The notes: generated by a model from the letters alone, not told the origin. 32,000 bases of DNA from Candidatus Nanosynbacter lyticus (GCF_000803625.1 NZ_CP007496.1:570001-602000), one strand, 5' to 3'; shown: positions 1-9,069, counted from the stretch's first letter. Translations and numbers: made by a program.

Positions 1-657
1 AACTTAAAATACGGTGCAGCAATTGCTAACCAAAGCGTAAACGTCGATGTTTTATTAAAAAAGATTAGCGGCCAGGAGGCGACTCTACAGATTGACAACA
101 AAGAAACTGCTGTCAATTTAAAGCTTACCGGCGTTTATAATTTACTTAATGCCGCAGCAGCTACAGCCCTGGCGCGACAAATTACCGGACCGGAAGTTAC
201 AGACACCATATTGTCAGCGCTCGAAAATATTAAGCCAGCCTTTGGTCGCGGTGAAACAATTTTCCTAAACGGCACTCCAATTGAACTTATTCTCGTTAAA
301 AATCCAAGCGGTTTTCGACTGGCGCTTTTGTCATTTGCCAAAAATAGCAGCGCGACGATGATCGCGGTTAATGACAATTACGCAGACGGGCGAGATGTTA
401 GTTGGTTTTGGGATGTTGACTTTTCGGCTCTGAAAAAGGTAGCCATGATTAGTGGGGTGCGCGCTTATGACATGGCGCTGCGTCTTCAATATGACGAAGT
501 TGCGATTGAAAAAATTGACACCGATATTACGCGGGCGTTAGATGATTTTATCAACGACCGCCCAGAAGAACCAAAGCAAATATTCTGTAGCTATACCGCC
601 ATGACTGCAATTCGACGCCTGCTTAGCGAAAAAACCGACGTAGAGGAAATATTATGA
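1..657 (+). CDS. murT: Lipid II isoglutaminyl synthase MurT subunit (Mur ligase-like, C-terminal part; 5' end outside window)
   Basis: Frame 1 is open from base 1 (NLKYGAAIANQSVNVDV...), with Mur ligase C-terminal/DUF1727-like sequence. The stop overlaps the gatD start (ATGA), as in typical murT-gatD pairs. Confidence 0.85.
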   Translation, partial: NLKYGAAIANQSVNVDVLLKKISGQEATLQIDNKETAVNLKLTGVYNLLNAAAATALARQITGPEVTDTILSALENIKPAFGRGETIFLNGTPIELILVKNPSGFRLALLSFAKNSSATMIAVNDNYADGRDVSWFWDVDFSALKKVAMISGVRAYDMALRLQYDEVAIEKIDTDITRALDDFINDRPEEPKQIFCSYTAMTAIRRLLSEKTDVEEIL

Positions 658-1379
658 CAAAAATAACAATTGCACAACTTTATCCACGAGACATGAATTT
701 ATACGGCGACTGGGGTAACACGCTGGTCCTAAAAAAACGCCTAGAGTGGCGCGGTTTTGAAGTCGAAATTATCGACCACAATCCAGGCGATTCAACAGAC
801 TTTTCTAAGATTGATATTTTCGTCGGTGGTGGCGGTCAAGACTCTGGCCAGACGATTATCCAAAACGACCTTTTGAAACGAGCAGACGAGCTCCAACAAT
901 TAGCAAACGACGGCGTGCCGATGCTAATGATTTGTGGTATGTATCAGCTCTTCGGCCGCTTTTTCCGCACACTTAAGGGCGAAGAGATTGTTGGCGCTAA
1001 TATTTTACCGATTGAAACAATTGCTGGCGAGGAACGAATGATTGGCAATATTATTATCAAGAGCCAAGAATTTGGCGAGATTATCGGATACGAAAATCAT
1101 AGTGGGCAGACCTTCCTTGATAAAACTGTCACGCCGCTAGGGCAAGTGATTAAGGGTGCTGGTAATAATATGATTGATACGAATGAAGGCGTTCGGTATA
1201 ACAATGTTATAGCCACATATCTCCACGGCCCAATCCTACCGAAAAACCCACAAATTGCTGATTTTCTAATCAATGAAGTCCTAAGACGACGCGATATCAG
1301 CATAGACTTTGGAGTAGATAATATTGACGATGAGATAGCCCACAAGGCACGTGAAATATCCCTAAAACTTCCCAGATAG
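654..1379 (+). CDS. gatD: Lipid II isoglutaminyl synthase, glutamine amidotransferase subunit GatD
   Basis: Class I GATase-like protein with nucleophile motif MLMICGMYQLFG and YLHGP...LPKNP; translationally coupled to murT. Confidence 0.88.
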   Translation: MTKITIAQLYPRDMNLYGDWGNTLVLKKRLEWRGFEVEIIDHNPGDSTDFSKIDIFVGGGGQDSGQTIIQNDLLKRADELQQLANDGVPMLMICGMYQLFGRFFRTLKGEEIVGANILPIETIAGEERMIGNIIIKSQEFGEIIGYENHSGQTFLDKTVTPLGQVIKGAGNNMIDTNEGVRYNNVIATYLHGPILPKNPQIADFLINEVLRRRDISIDFGVDNIDDEIAHKAREISLKLPR

Positions 1380-1383
1380 TGTA

Positions 1384-2895
1384 ATGAAAAATATATGCGC
1401 AAATCTTAAGAATTTATATGCATTTCTTCATAAAATACCCAGCTGGGTCTGGCTAATTCCCATATTAATTTTAGCTATTAGCGCTCGCACTACCCAATTA
1501 ACCAAGGCTGATATTTGGCACGATGAGGGCTATACTGCTACCATTATCAATCAGCCCTTGATTGACATTATCTCCACGACAACCACGGACGTACATCCAC
1601 CATTTTATTACATTATCATGCATTTTTGGCAATTGCTTTTTGGCAGTTCAGTCACTGCGCTCAGAAGCTTTAGTGTCGTATGTGGCGCCATGACAGTCGC
1701 CATGCTATTTCTCTTACTGCAAAAGCTATTCTCTAAAAGAATCGCTATATTTGGAGCTTTTTTAGCAGCTTTAGGACCATTCCTGATCCGCTATAGCGAT
1801 GAGGCGAGGATGTATGCTTTAGCGGCGCTGATTGGCGTAGCAGCCACCTATGCATTTATTATGGCGGTCGAGAGAAAAGACAAAAAACCCTGGTGGATAT
1901 TATACGGATTTTTAGTGGCAATTGGCATTTACACACAGTACTTCCTGGCACTGCTGCTTCCAGCTCACTTCGTCTATTTATGGCTAAAAATTGATGGAAA
2001 CCGCACTGATGTCATAAAAATTTTTACTAATAAAAATATCTGGCTGGCAGCCGGGCTATGCTTTTTATTATTCTTACCTTGGCTGCCAGTAATGATCTCC
2101 CAAGTCAGTAGAGTTAGCGGCGAGTTTTGGATACCAGAAGTTAATAAATTTACCATACCAACAACCCTGTCCATGTTCTTAACTTACGATGAGAGGATAG
2201 TCCGCTACTTTGGCTTGCTGTTATTGCCAATAATGCTTATCGCATCATTAACCTTAGCTAAAAAATTTCATAAATACCGAGCAGCAATATGGCTCATGAC
2301 AATTTGGTCGTTCTTGTCAATGATTATAATTTACGTGCTGAGCAAAGGTCGCCCTGTTTACTTAGATCGCTACTTCACCTACTCAGCGCCGGCATTCTAT
2401 AGTCTGATAGCCATCTACATAGGAATTATTTTTTCGAGTAAAAGAATTCGTAGTGTCGGTTTATCTATTATTTTCATACTGCTAATTGGCTGCTATATGC
2501 GGCATACCGGCAGTAAAAATATAACAGAAGCATCTTGGAACAACACAGAAACTGCCATGAATCATATAAATAAGAATATAAAAAGCAATGACTCTATTAT
2601 CTCCGGTGAAATTTACACCTACTTTCACACATCTTATTATAATAAAACCAATAAAGAAATTGTCCTGCTGCGTCCAGACCAAGAACTCAATTGGGCTGGC
2701 GAGTGGGGGCTAATAAAAAAGCTCAATACCCCAGAAATAGCTTCATTAAATGAAGTAAAGAGCCCGCGAATTTGGTTAATTCTACGCACAAAAACTTATA
2801 ATGAATATAAGAAGCAAGTGCCGCCACATTGGCAATTACAACAGGAATACCATGACGGCGACTTGATTATTGGACTATATGTGAATAAGCTTTAA
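1384..2895 (+). CDS. Multi-pass membrane glycosyltransferase, GT39/ArnT-like
   Basis: 503 aa, many TM segments; N-terminal ADIWHDEGYT and DVHPPFYYIIMHFW resemble the acidic/HPP loop of PMT_2/ArnT-like enzymes. Confidence 0.8.
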   Translation: MKNICANLKNLYAFLHKIPSWVWLIPILILAISARTTQLTKADIWHDEGYTATIINQPLIDIISTTTTDVHPPFYYIIMHFWQLLFGSSVTALRSFSVVCGAMTVAMLFLLLQKLFSKRIAIFGAFLAALGPFLIRYSDEARMYALAALIGVAATYAFIMAVERKDKKPWWILYGFLVAIGIYTQYFLALLLPAHFVYLWLKIDGNRTDVIKIFTNKNIWLAAGLCFLLFLPWLPVMISQVSRVSGEFWIPEVNKFTIPTTLSMFLTYDERIVRYFGLLLLPIMLIASLTLAKKFHKYRAAIWLMTIWSFLSMIIIYVLSKGRPVYLDRYFTYSAPAFYSLIAIYIGIIFSSKRIRSVGLSIIFILLIGCYMRHTGSKNITEASWNNTETAMNHINKNIKSNDSIISGEIYTYFHTSYYNKTNKEIVLLRPDQELNWAGEWGLIKKLNTPEIASLNEVKSPRIWLILRTKTYNEYKKQVPPHWQLQQEYHDGDLIIGLYVNKL

Positions 2896-3152
2896 TTCTC
2901 TTTATCACTGCTATCATCAAGACCGAGCAACTCTTTCAATGTATCTGGAGTAAATTCATCTAAGTACGGAAGATGCTCCAGCATGGCGGCCTCAAAATCT
3001 GGTGTCCGTGGATAATAAGTCATTTGCGCCACGCCTATAACCGTGCGCGATCCAGGCAATCCCGGCTGAAATATCTCCGAATATGGAGGAAGGTAATCAT
3101 CGTCTTCGGGGGGTATCTCCACTACTCTTCTGCGATGGGTTGTATTCGACAC
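2892..3152 (-). CDS. Hypothetical small acidic protein (86 aa)
   Basis: ORF fills the gap between the convergent glycosyltransferase and the tRNA. No recognisable domain. Confidence 0.4.
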   Translation of the reverse strand: MSNTTHRRRVVEIPPEDDDYLPPYSEIFQPGLPGSRTVIGVAQMTYYPRTPDFEAAMLEHLPYLDEFTPDTLKELLGLDDSSDKEN

Positions 3153-3181
3153 TCATGATACTGTATATAATAATAGATAAC

Positions 3182-3221
3182 TTAAAAAAATAAAATAGCC
3201 GACCAAACTTTCAGCTATTTT
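3182..3221 (-). terminator. Intrinsic terminator downstream of tRNA-Pro
   Basis: Minus-strand inverted repeat AAAATAGC...GCTATTTT (3192-3199/3214-3221) followed by a T-rich run (TATTTTTTT). Confidence 0.7.
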
Positions 3222-3244
3222 AATACTTCGAATGATCATTGAGT

Positions 3245-3321
3245 TGGTCGGGGTGAAAGGACTCGAACCTTCGACCTCACGGTCCCAAACCGCGCGCGCT
3301 AGCCAACTGCGCCACACCCCG
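3245..3321 (-). tRNA. tRNA-Pro (anticodon TGG), CCA encoded
   Basis: Reverse complement CGGGGTGTGGCGCAGTTGGCTAGCGCGCGCGGTTTGGGACCGTGAGGTCGAAGGTTCGAGTCCTTTCACCCCGACCA folds as a cloverleaf. Acceptor CGGGGTG/CACCCCG; anticodon loop TTTGGGA. Confidence 0.95.
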
Positions 3322-3424
3322 AAAGATGATCTCGACACTTACATCACTATTCTATCACACTTTACACATTAAATACAGCAATAATTAGTGATTTGAGTTA
3401 ATATATAGACATACCCTCATAATT

Positions 3425-4051
3425 ATGGCCAATACTAATCACTCTACCCGCACAACTCACCTCCGACAAATGATATATCTCTACGCCATTGTATGCGTAT
3501 ATCTCATGTTGCCCATTCTCATTTGTACCGGTGTCATTCCCTGGAATATGAAGTTCGCGACACTCGTCGTCGGTGCAGTAGCGATGTACATAGTGATGCG
3601 AATTCTCGGCAATACGCATAGTGACATCGGTATTACGCGGCAACATACCATCTATTCACTCAGAACCGTGCTACCGATAACTATAGCTCTCATTATCGCA
3701 GCCGGGCTATTTCTACTCCTCGAAAAACCTCGATTCTCACCAACCGAAGGAATAGGGTTCTATGTATTTTATATTTTCATCTCGTGCCCGGCACAAGAAC
3801 TGTTATTTCGCGGCATCCTCAGCCGTATGCTGCAAGAACTACGGCTACACCGGGTACTGGAGCTTGGCGTAGCAGCCGCCCTTTTCGGTTACGCACATAT
3901 CATCTACGGCGATATGCTCACTGTTGTTGTCATGAGCATCGTCGGCCTTTTATGGTACCGAGCGTACCAGTGCTCATCAAACCTCATCGGCGTAACGATA
4001 AGCCACGTGGTACTTGGTGTGATGACGATCGCTTTGGGGATTATCGATTAG
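3425..4051 (+). CDS. CPBP family intramembrane metalloprotease (Abi/CAAX-like)
   Basis: Hydrophobic protein with CPAQELLFRGILSRML and AALFGYAHIIYGD, matching CPBP/PF02517 motifs with a Q in the first Glu position. Confidence 0.8.
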   Translation: MANTNHSTRTTHLRQMIYLYAIVCVYLMLPILICTGVIPWNMKFATLVVGAVAMYIVMRILGNTHSDIGITRQHTIYSLRTVLPITIALIIAAGLFLLLEKPRFSPTEGIGFYVFYIFISCPAQELLFRGILSRMLQELRLHRVLELGVAAALFGYAHIIYGDMLTVVVMSIVGLLWYRAYQCSSNLIGVTISHVVLGVMTIALGIID

Positions 4052-4575
4052 CAGCTGACGCTTTCGACATTAAACCGTCGCGTGATAGTTTTATAAAAGA
4101 AGGTTGGCAGTCAATTGATAATCAAAAAATAGATAAATTACATAAATTAGCACCAAGTTTTTTAGATAGATTAACACCCCGCAGCCAAGCAGCCGCTCAA
4201 TCATTATTAAGAGACCTAGCCTCGCTACGCCAAATAGGCAGCCAGACTCCTAAAACGAACTCATTAGTTTTTTGTCACCATGATATCCGACAATCAAACA
4301 TGGCTTGGCATCCTAATTACGGTACTAGATTAGTTGATTGGAGCTGGTCTGGGTTGGGTGAATCGGGTAGTGATATTACCAGCCTGCTAATTGACCTACA
4401 TAAAAGCCACCATGATATCTCCCCTTATCAAAACATAATAAACTTAGACTACTGCCTCATGCTAATGGGGTTTTGGTTGAATCATGCAACCTGGCCACAT
4501 CACGGCAATGACACGACTAGATTTCAGCAATTCTTGTCAGCTCTCAGCGCCTACGAAATATACATAAATGGCTAA
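4052..4575 (+). pseudogene. 5'-truncated phosphotransferase (APH/choline kinase-like), C-terminal lobe only
   Basis: Frame 1 encodes ...LVFCHHDIRQSNMAWHPNYGTRLVDWSWSGLGESGSDITSLLIDLHKSH, with HxDxxxxN and a DW catalytic core but no N-lobe. Upstream frame 1 is only the shadow frame of the CPBP gene. Confidence 0.65.
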
Positions 4576-5207
4576 GCGTTTACCGGATCAATATTTACCG
4601 ATAGAATTTCTTTTTTAGTTGGTAGATTATTACCAGCTTCAAATGTGTAAAGCAATGATTGACCAAACGACATTTCTACATGTTCCATTTCTGACTCTGG
4701 AATTTGGTCAAGATGTTTGATTAACGCCCGAATGGAATTTCCATGTGCTACTAATAAAATATTCTCGCCCGCCTGTAGTTTCGGTAAAATCTCTCGCTCA
4801 AAATACGGAACCACTCGCGCGTAAACGTCTTTTAATGTTTCGCCGCCTGGCACCGGATAATCCCAACCGCGCCTAATTCCATTAAATGCTTTCTCGCCAA
4901 TCTCGTCCTTCACTTGCCACTTATTTTTACCAGTCAAATCCCCATAATCACGCTCGTTCAGCTCGGCTGCCTGCGTTGTCGGTAAACTTCCCATACCGCA
5001 CCCCTCAAGCAGAGCGTCCAGTGTCTGGTGTGTCCGCTTGAGCGCTGATGTGTAGGCCTCGTCAAACCTAATGTTCTTGATTAGCGAACCCATACGTACC
5101 GAGTCAGCCCACCCTTTTTCCGTTAACCCCACGTCAGTCCAGCCCGTCCACTTGCCTAGTAGATTCCATTCACTCTCACCGTGTCGACAGATAACTAATA
5201 ATCCCAT
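4572..5207 (-). CDS. gpmA: 2,3-bisphosphoglycerate-dependent phosphoglycerate mutase
   Basis: Motifs CRHGESEWN...GKWTGWTDVGLTEKG, LNERDYGDLTGKNK and VAHGNSIRALIKHL. Confidence 0.92.
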   Translation of the reverse strand: MGLLVICRHGESEWNLLGKWTGWTDVGLTEKGWADSVRMGSLIKNIRFDEAYTSALKRTHQTLDALLEGCGMGSLPTTQAAELNERDYGDLTGKNKWQVKDEIGEKAFNGIRRGWDYPVPGGETLKDVYARVVPYFEREILPKLQAGENILLVAHGNSIRALIKHLDQIPESEMEHVEMSFGQSLLYTFEAGNNLPTKKEILSVNIDPVNA

Positions 5208-5734
5208 TATTTTCCTCCCAGTGTCGGCGCGAAAAACTCTATTCGCTCATTTTTTACACCATTATCATCAACTATTTTCGTATTTACGTAACCGAATTTA
5301 TCAGCCGCCCAAAAGCGAATTGCCCATAATAATGACCTGTCATTAGAGTCAATTTCACTCTTAGAAATAAACTCACTAGATACAATTTCTGACTCTTGCA
5401 GTTTTATTTCAGACAAGACATTATTTTCCAATTGCGTAAAAAATACAAACTGATTTGTCAAAAACTCATCAGAATGACGCGATGCTACCATGGCTAACTG
5501 TAGGTTTTCGGGATCAATTTTAATACCCACCTCCTCCTCGACTTCACGCACTGCCGCCTCCAGCGGAGATTCTCCAGGATCAACAATTCCGCCAGGTAGC
5601 GACCAGTGATCTTTATAGTCAGATTTGACGATTAATAATTCGCCCTGCTCATTTTCTATTAACACCGCCGCACTAGAAAAACGCTTATCTAAACTAGCCA
5701 ACCAAGTTCGCCGCTGCTCGTCAGTAAATTTCAT
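5207..5734 (-). CDS. NUDIX hydrolase
   Basis: Complete Nudix box: GGIVDPGESPLEAAVREVEEEVGIKI. Confidence 0.88.
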   Translation of the reverse strand: MKFTDEQRRTWLASLDKRFSSAAVLIENEQGELLIVKSDYKDHWSLPGGIVDPGESPLEAAVREVEEEVGIKIDPENLQLAMVASRHSDEFLTNQFVFFTQLENNVLSEIKLQESEIVSSEFISKSEIDSNDRSLLWAIRFWAADKFGYVNTKIVDDNGVKNERIEFFAPTLGGK

Positions 5735-7230
5735 TATTTTGCAAACTCAATTGCTCGCGTTTCGCGAATGACATTAACCTTGATTGTGCCAGGATACTGC
5801 ATGGTCGACTCAATCTTCGTGGCAATATCTCGGGCCAATTTAATTGCCGACAAATCATCAATTGACTGCGGCTTGACGATCACTCGAACTTCACGTCCAG
5901 CCGAAATTGCGTAGGCTTTATCGATTCCTTCAAAGCTAGTCGCCACATTCTCCAAATCACGCATTCGCTCAGCAAAGTTCTCAGCCGAAACGTTGCGGGC
6001 ACCCGGACGGGCGGCTGAAGCTGCGTCACAAACCCTAACGATAATCGCCTCTGGTGTAGTTGCCTCGATATCATCATGGTGCGCCTCAATCGCGTGCACG
6101 ATCCGCTCATCCATGCCATATTTCCGCGCTAATTCCGCGCCAATGTGATGATGCTTGCCCTCAATTTTATGAGTCACCGCCTTGCCAACGTCATGCAACA
6201 GCGTAGCAATTTTTGTAATACGCACATCCGCACCAATTTCCTCAGCAATCATACCAGCAATTTGCGCCATCTCCGTTGAGTGCTTCAGAACGTTCTGGCC
6301 AAAGCTAGTACGAAACTTCAGTTCACCAAGCAGCAACAACATTTCCTTTGGAATACCGACCACGCCAGTCTCGCGCATAGCATCTTCACCAGCCTGCCTG
6401 ACCTCTTTATCAATTTGCTTTTTAGCCTTAGCGACAACTTCCTCAATGCGCGCTGGATGAATGCGCCCGTCCTTCATTAACATCTCCAAACTCAAACGAG
6501 CCACCTGTCGACGAACTGGATCAAAGCTCGACAACACTATCATACCTGGCGTATCATCCACTAAAATATCAACACCAGTTTCACGCTGCAAGGCCTGAAT
6601 GTTGCGGCCTTCCTTACCGATAATTCGACCTTTCATCTCATCATCAGTCAACTTAACCGCAGTAACTGTGCGCTCGGCTGTCACTTCGCTGCTCATCCGC
6701 TCCATTGCTGTCACCAAAATCATCTGCGCCCGCTCTTCGGCGTCATCCATTGCATCATGTTGCAATTTTGACACCAAACCAGCCAAATCCTGCTTAATAT
6801 CACGCTCAGTCATCTGCATCAGCTTGTCGGCTGCGTCTTTCTTTTTCAGTCCAGCAATTTTTTCAAGCTTCTCCTGCTGACGCGTACGGATATCACGAAT
6901 CTCATTTTTAAGGTTATCAACCTCATCTTCGTGTGTCCGTAACTTCTCTGCTCGACGATCCAATTCCTCTAGTTTATTGTCAAGCGTTCTCTCGCGATCC
7001 GCCAAACGATTCTCGGTTTTTTGCCACTCTTTACGGCGCTCATTCTCAATTTTCAGCGCCTCGTCTTTGGCTTTTAAGACAATATCACTAGCCTTCGTCT
7101 TGGCGTCAGCCAAATCACGCTCAATTTGATTTTTGCCATTAATTTGGCGCGTTCGTTGATATCCTACAAGACCAGCAACACCCGTACCAGCCCCAACAGC
7201 CGCGGCAATAACTACTTCTATCATTATCAT
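5734..7230 (-). CDS. rny: Ribonuclease Y
   Basis: N-terminal TM helix, long coiled coil, KH domain (GRIIGKEGRNIQALQRETGVDILVDDTP) and HD domain (TLLHDVGKAV). Confidence 0.95.
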   Translation of the reverse strand: MIMIEVVIAAAVGAGTGVAGLVGYQRTRQINGKNQIERDLADAKTKASDIVLKAKDEALKIENERRKEWQKTENRLADRERTLDNKLEELDRRAEKLRTHEDEVDNLKNEIRDIRTRQQEKLEKIAGLKKKDAADKLMQMTERDIKQDLAGLVSKLQHDAMDDAEERAQMILVTAMERMSSEVTAERTVTAVKLTDDEMKGRIIGKEGRNIQALQRETGVDILVDDTPGMIVLSSFDPVRRQVARLSLEMLMKDGRIHPARIEEVVAKAKKQIDKEVRQAGEDAMRETGVVGIPKEMLLLLGELKFRTSFGQNVLKHSTEMAQIAGMIAEEIGADVRITKIATLLHDVGKAVTHKIEGKHHHIGAELARKYGMDERIVHAIEAHHDDIEATTPEAIIVRVCDAASAARPGARNVSAENFAERMRDLENVATSFEGIDKAYAISAGREVRVIVKPQSIDDLSAIKLARDIATKIESTMQYPGTIKVNVIRETRAIEFAK

Positions 7231-7401
7231 TCCTTTCCGATCAGCCGCCCTTAAGTGTTCGCCTCAAGGAAATATATCAACAGCCAATCAATTTCAAACT
7301 ATCTAAATCTGGCGAATCAAAACTTACAAAACGCCGTAATTTAATTATACACGGTTTTAGAAGTTTTCGCACGGAAAGTTGGCAGAAAAATCACCGAACG
7401 G

Positions 7402-8214
7402 CTACTTGCTTTTTATGAAAAATATAATTCCAGCAATAATAAACAGCATCCAAATCATAGAAGCAAAGAAATAATCAATCACCCAGAGTACAGTAGCCTG
7501 AAGCAAATTTCCCTCTATGCCGTTATAGCCGCCAAATATGGTCACAATTATTTTAGTCGCGTAAAGCACCACTGGTATAGTCATGAGCATGATGCCAATT
7601 CTGCGAAAACTTTTTGATCGCTCTATTATTTTTTCACTGGCAATTTTATTTTTTGAGGCCTCGTCATATATCCAGAATAATTTGTCTTTACGCTTTAGTA
7701 AAAACCATAAGTAAGCAGATCCAACTATCGATACAATAACAAACACATATTGCATATTCGCTATATAATGCACCTCGCGTAAAATACCGCAGACTACATC
7801 TGATGCTTCATCGTATTTACAATCGCTAGAGTTATAAAATAACACAATCGGCATTAACACCACACTGACTAGAAGCGGAGCAATTGTCATATATATAGCA
7901 ATAATCCTTTGACCATAACAATCAACCCGGTGTATCTCTTTGGAGACAAGAATACTCTGAGCTAAAATATTAACCCCAAACAAGAATATCGCAAAACTAA
8001 TTAATTCTACGCCTTTAGCGCCAGTGTCGTTGAACGCTACAGCGACCAACGACATTACAAATACAAAAATCGCATACAACACCATCCCCAAACTGCCAAC
8101 AAAAATAGCCGCCTCCGCCGCGCTGTTTGGCTGAGGCATATCGACTTTCGCGGCTTTTGCGGTCTTCTTCCTACGTTTTATCGGTTGTTTTGGTTTTATG
8201 GCGTGCTCTGTCAT
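7402..8214 (-). CDS. Hypothetical multi-pass membrane protein
   Basis: ORF extends to 8277, but the more likely start is the internal ATG at 8214 (MTEHAIKPKQ...). Several hydrophobic segments; no recognised domain. Confidence 0.65.
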   Translation of the reverse strand: MTEHAIKPKQPIKRRKKTAKAAKVDMPQPNSAAEAAIFVGSLGMVLYAIFVFVMSLVAVAFNDTGAKGVELISFAIFLFGVNILAQSILVSKEIHRVDCYGQRIIAIYMTIAPLLVSVVLMPIVLFYNSSDCKYDEASDVVCGILREVHYIANMQYVFVIVSIVGSAYLWFLLKRKDKLFWIYDEASKNKIASEKIIERSKSFRRIGIMLMTIPVVLYATKIIVTIFGGYNGIEGNLLQATVLWVIDYFFASMIWMLFIIAGIIFFIKSK

Positions 8215-8239
8215 GCTGCAAATTATAGCATAAGTATGA

Positions 8240-8614
8240 TCATTTTCGCGGCGCGGTAATATGAGCGACAGCGCCATACTCTGGCATAACTATTTTCTCA
8301 TTTTCACCAGCGCGCAGTTTTTTAAGCGCCATCTCGCGCCAGTCTTCACCCACAGCTCCGACAATTGGTATATTCAGATTATCCGCCAGCGTGTTTGCAA
8401 CCGTCAGACCGATTCTTAGCCCAGTAAAACTGCCCGGCCCCTTCATTACGCCGATACCACTGATATCATGCAAATCGCCGGTTTTTTCTTCCAAAAATTT
8501 CAATAAGCCGCGCGCCAACATCCGCCCTGCTTGCCACTCAAAATCCTGACAAGCCTCACCTTCAACCACCGTCAAAAAACAAGTTGCCGTCGAGGTGTCT
8601 AATAAGATTATCAT
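8240..8614 (-). CDS. tsaB: tRNA threonylcarbamoyladenosine biosynthesis protein TsaB, short form (124 aa)
   Basis: MIILLDTSTATCFLTVVEG...GIGVMKGPGSFTGLRIGLTVANTLA is the TsaB N-lobe signature. Start set by ATGA overlap with the tsaE stop. Confidence 0.8.
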   Translation of the reverse strand: MIILLDTSTATCFLTVVEGEACQDFEWQAGRMLARGLLKFLEEKTGDLHDISGIGVMKGPGSFTGLRIGLTVANTLADNLNIPIVGAVGEDWREMALKKLRAGENEKIVMPEYGAVAHITAPRK

Positions 8615-9069
8615 ACCAAATTCTCCTTTATCTTCTGCCAAAGTTCAGTCGACTTTTTACCACCGGGATGAAATTCTACCAGCCGCTCCTCCTCACTAGC
8701 TGCTGTAATTTTTATAGCCAAACGATCTTCCGGCAAGTCACCATCAACTGCACCCGCCCACTCAACGACCACCACCGAATCATTGTCTACAGCTTCGCGA
8801 ATCTCATCGCCCATAATGCCAGCTTCACCTAATCGATAAAAATCATAGTGTGCCAAACGCAGCCCCCTCGGTGAATCATATACTCGAGAAATCGTAAAAG
8901 TTGGACTCTGGACGGGCTCATTGATATCTAAAGCCTTAGCAATTCCCTTTGTCAGCGTCGTCTTCCCCGCGCCAATATCACCAACCAACTCCAACACTTC
9001 GCCGCCAGAAACCGCCCGGCCAATTGCCATACCTAATCGCTGCATCTTCTCATCACTATCAATTTCCAC
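8611..9069 (-). CDS. tsaE: tRNA threonylcarbamoyladenosine biosynthesis ATPase TsaE
   Basis: Walker A GDIGAGKTTLTKGIAKAL, followed by SPTFTISRVYDSPRGLRLAHYDFYRL. Confidence 0.92.
   Translation of the reverse strand: MEIDSDEKMQRLGMAIGRAVSGGEVLELVGDIGAGKTTLTKGIAKALDINEPVQSPTFTISRVYDSPRGLRLAHYDFYRLGEAGIMGDEIREAVDNDSVVVVEWAGAVDGDLPEDRLAIKITAASEEERLVEFHPGGKKSTELWQKIKENLV

Noticed and set aside
654-657. Alternative genetic code (UGA = Gly, as in SR1/Gracilibacteria)
   Set aside because: UGA acts as stop at conserved gene ends (murT/gatD ATGA, tsaE/tsaB ATGA) with intact proteins, so the standard code 11 fits.
3425-4051. Calling the CPBP gene a phage-defence Abi protein
   Set aside because: The CPBP family was historically labelled Abi, but nothing nearby supports a defence role; protease or immunity function is equally likely.
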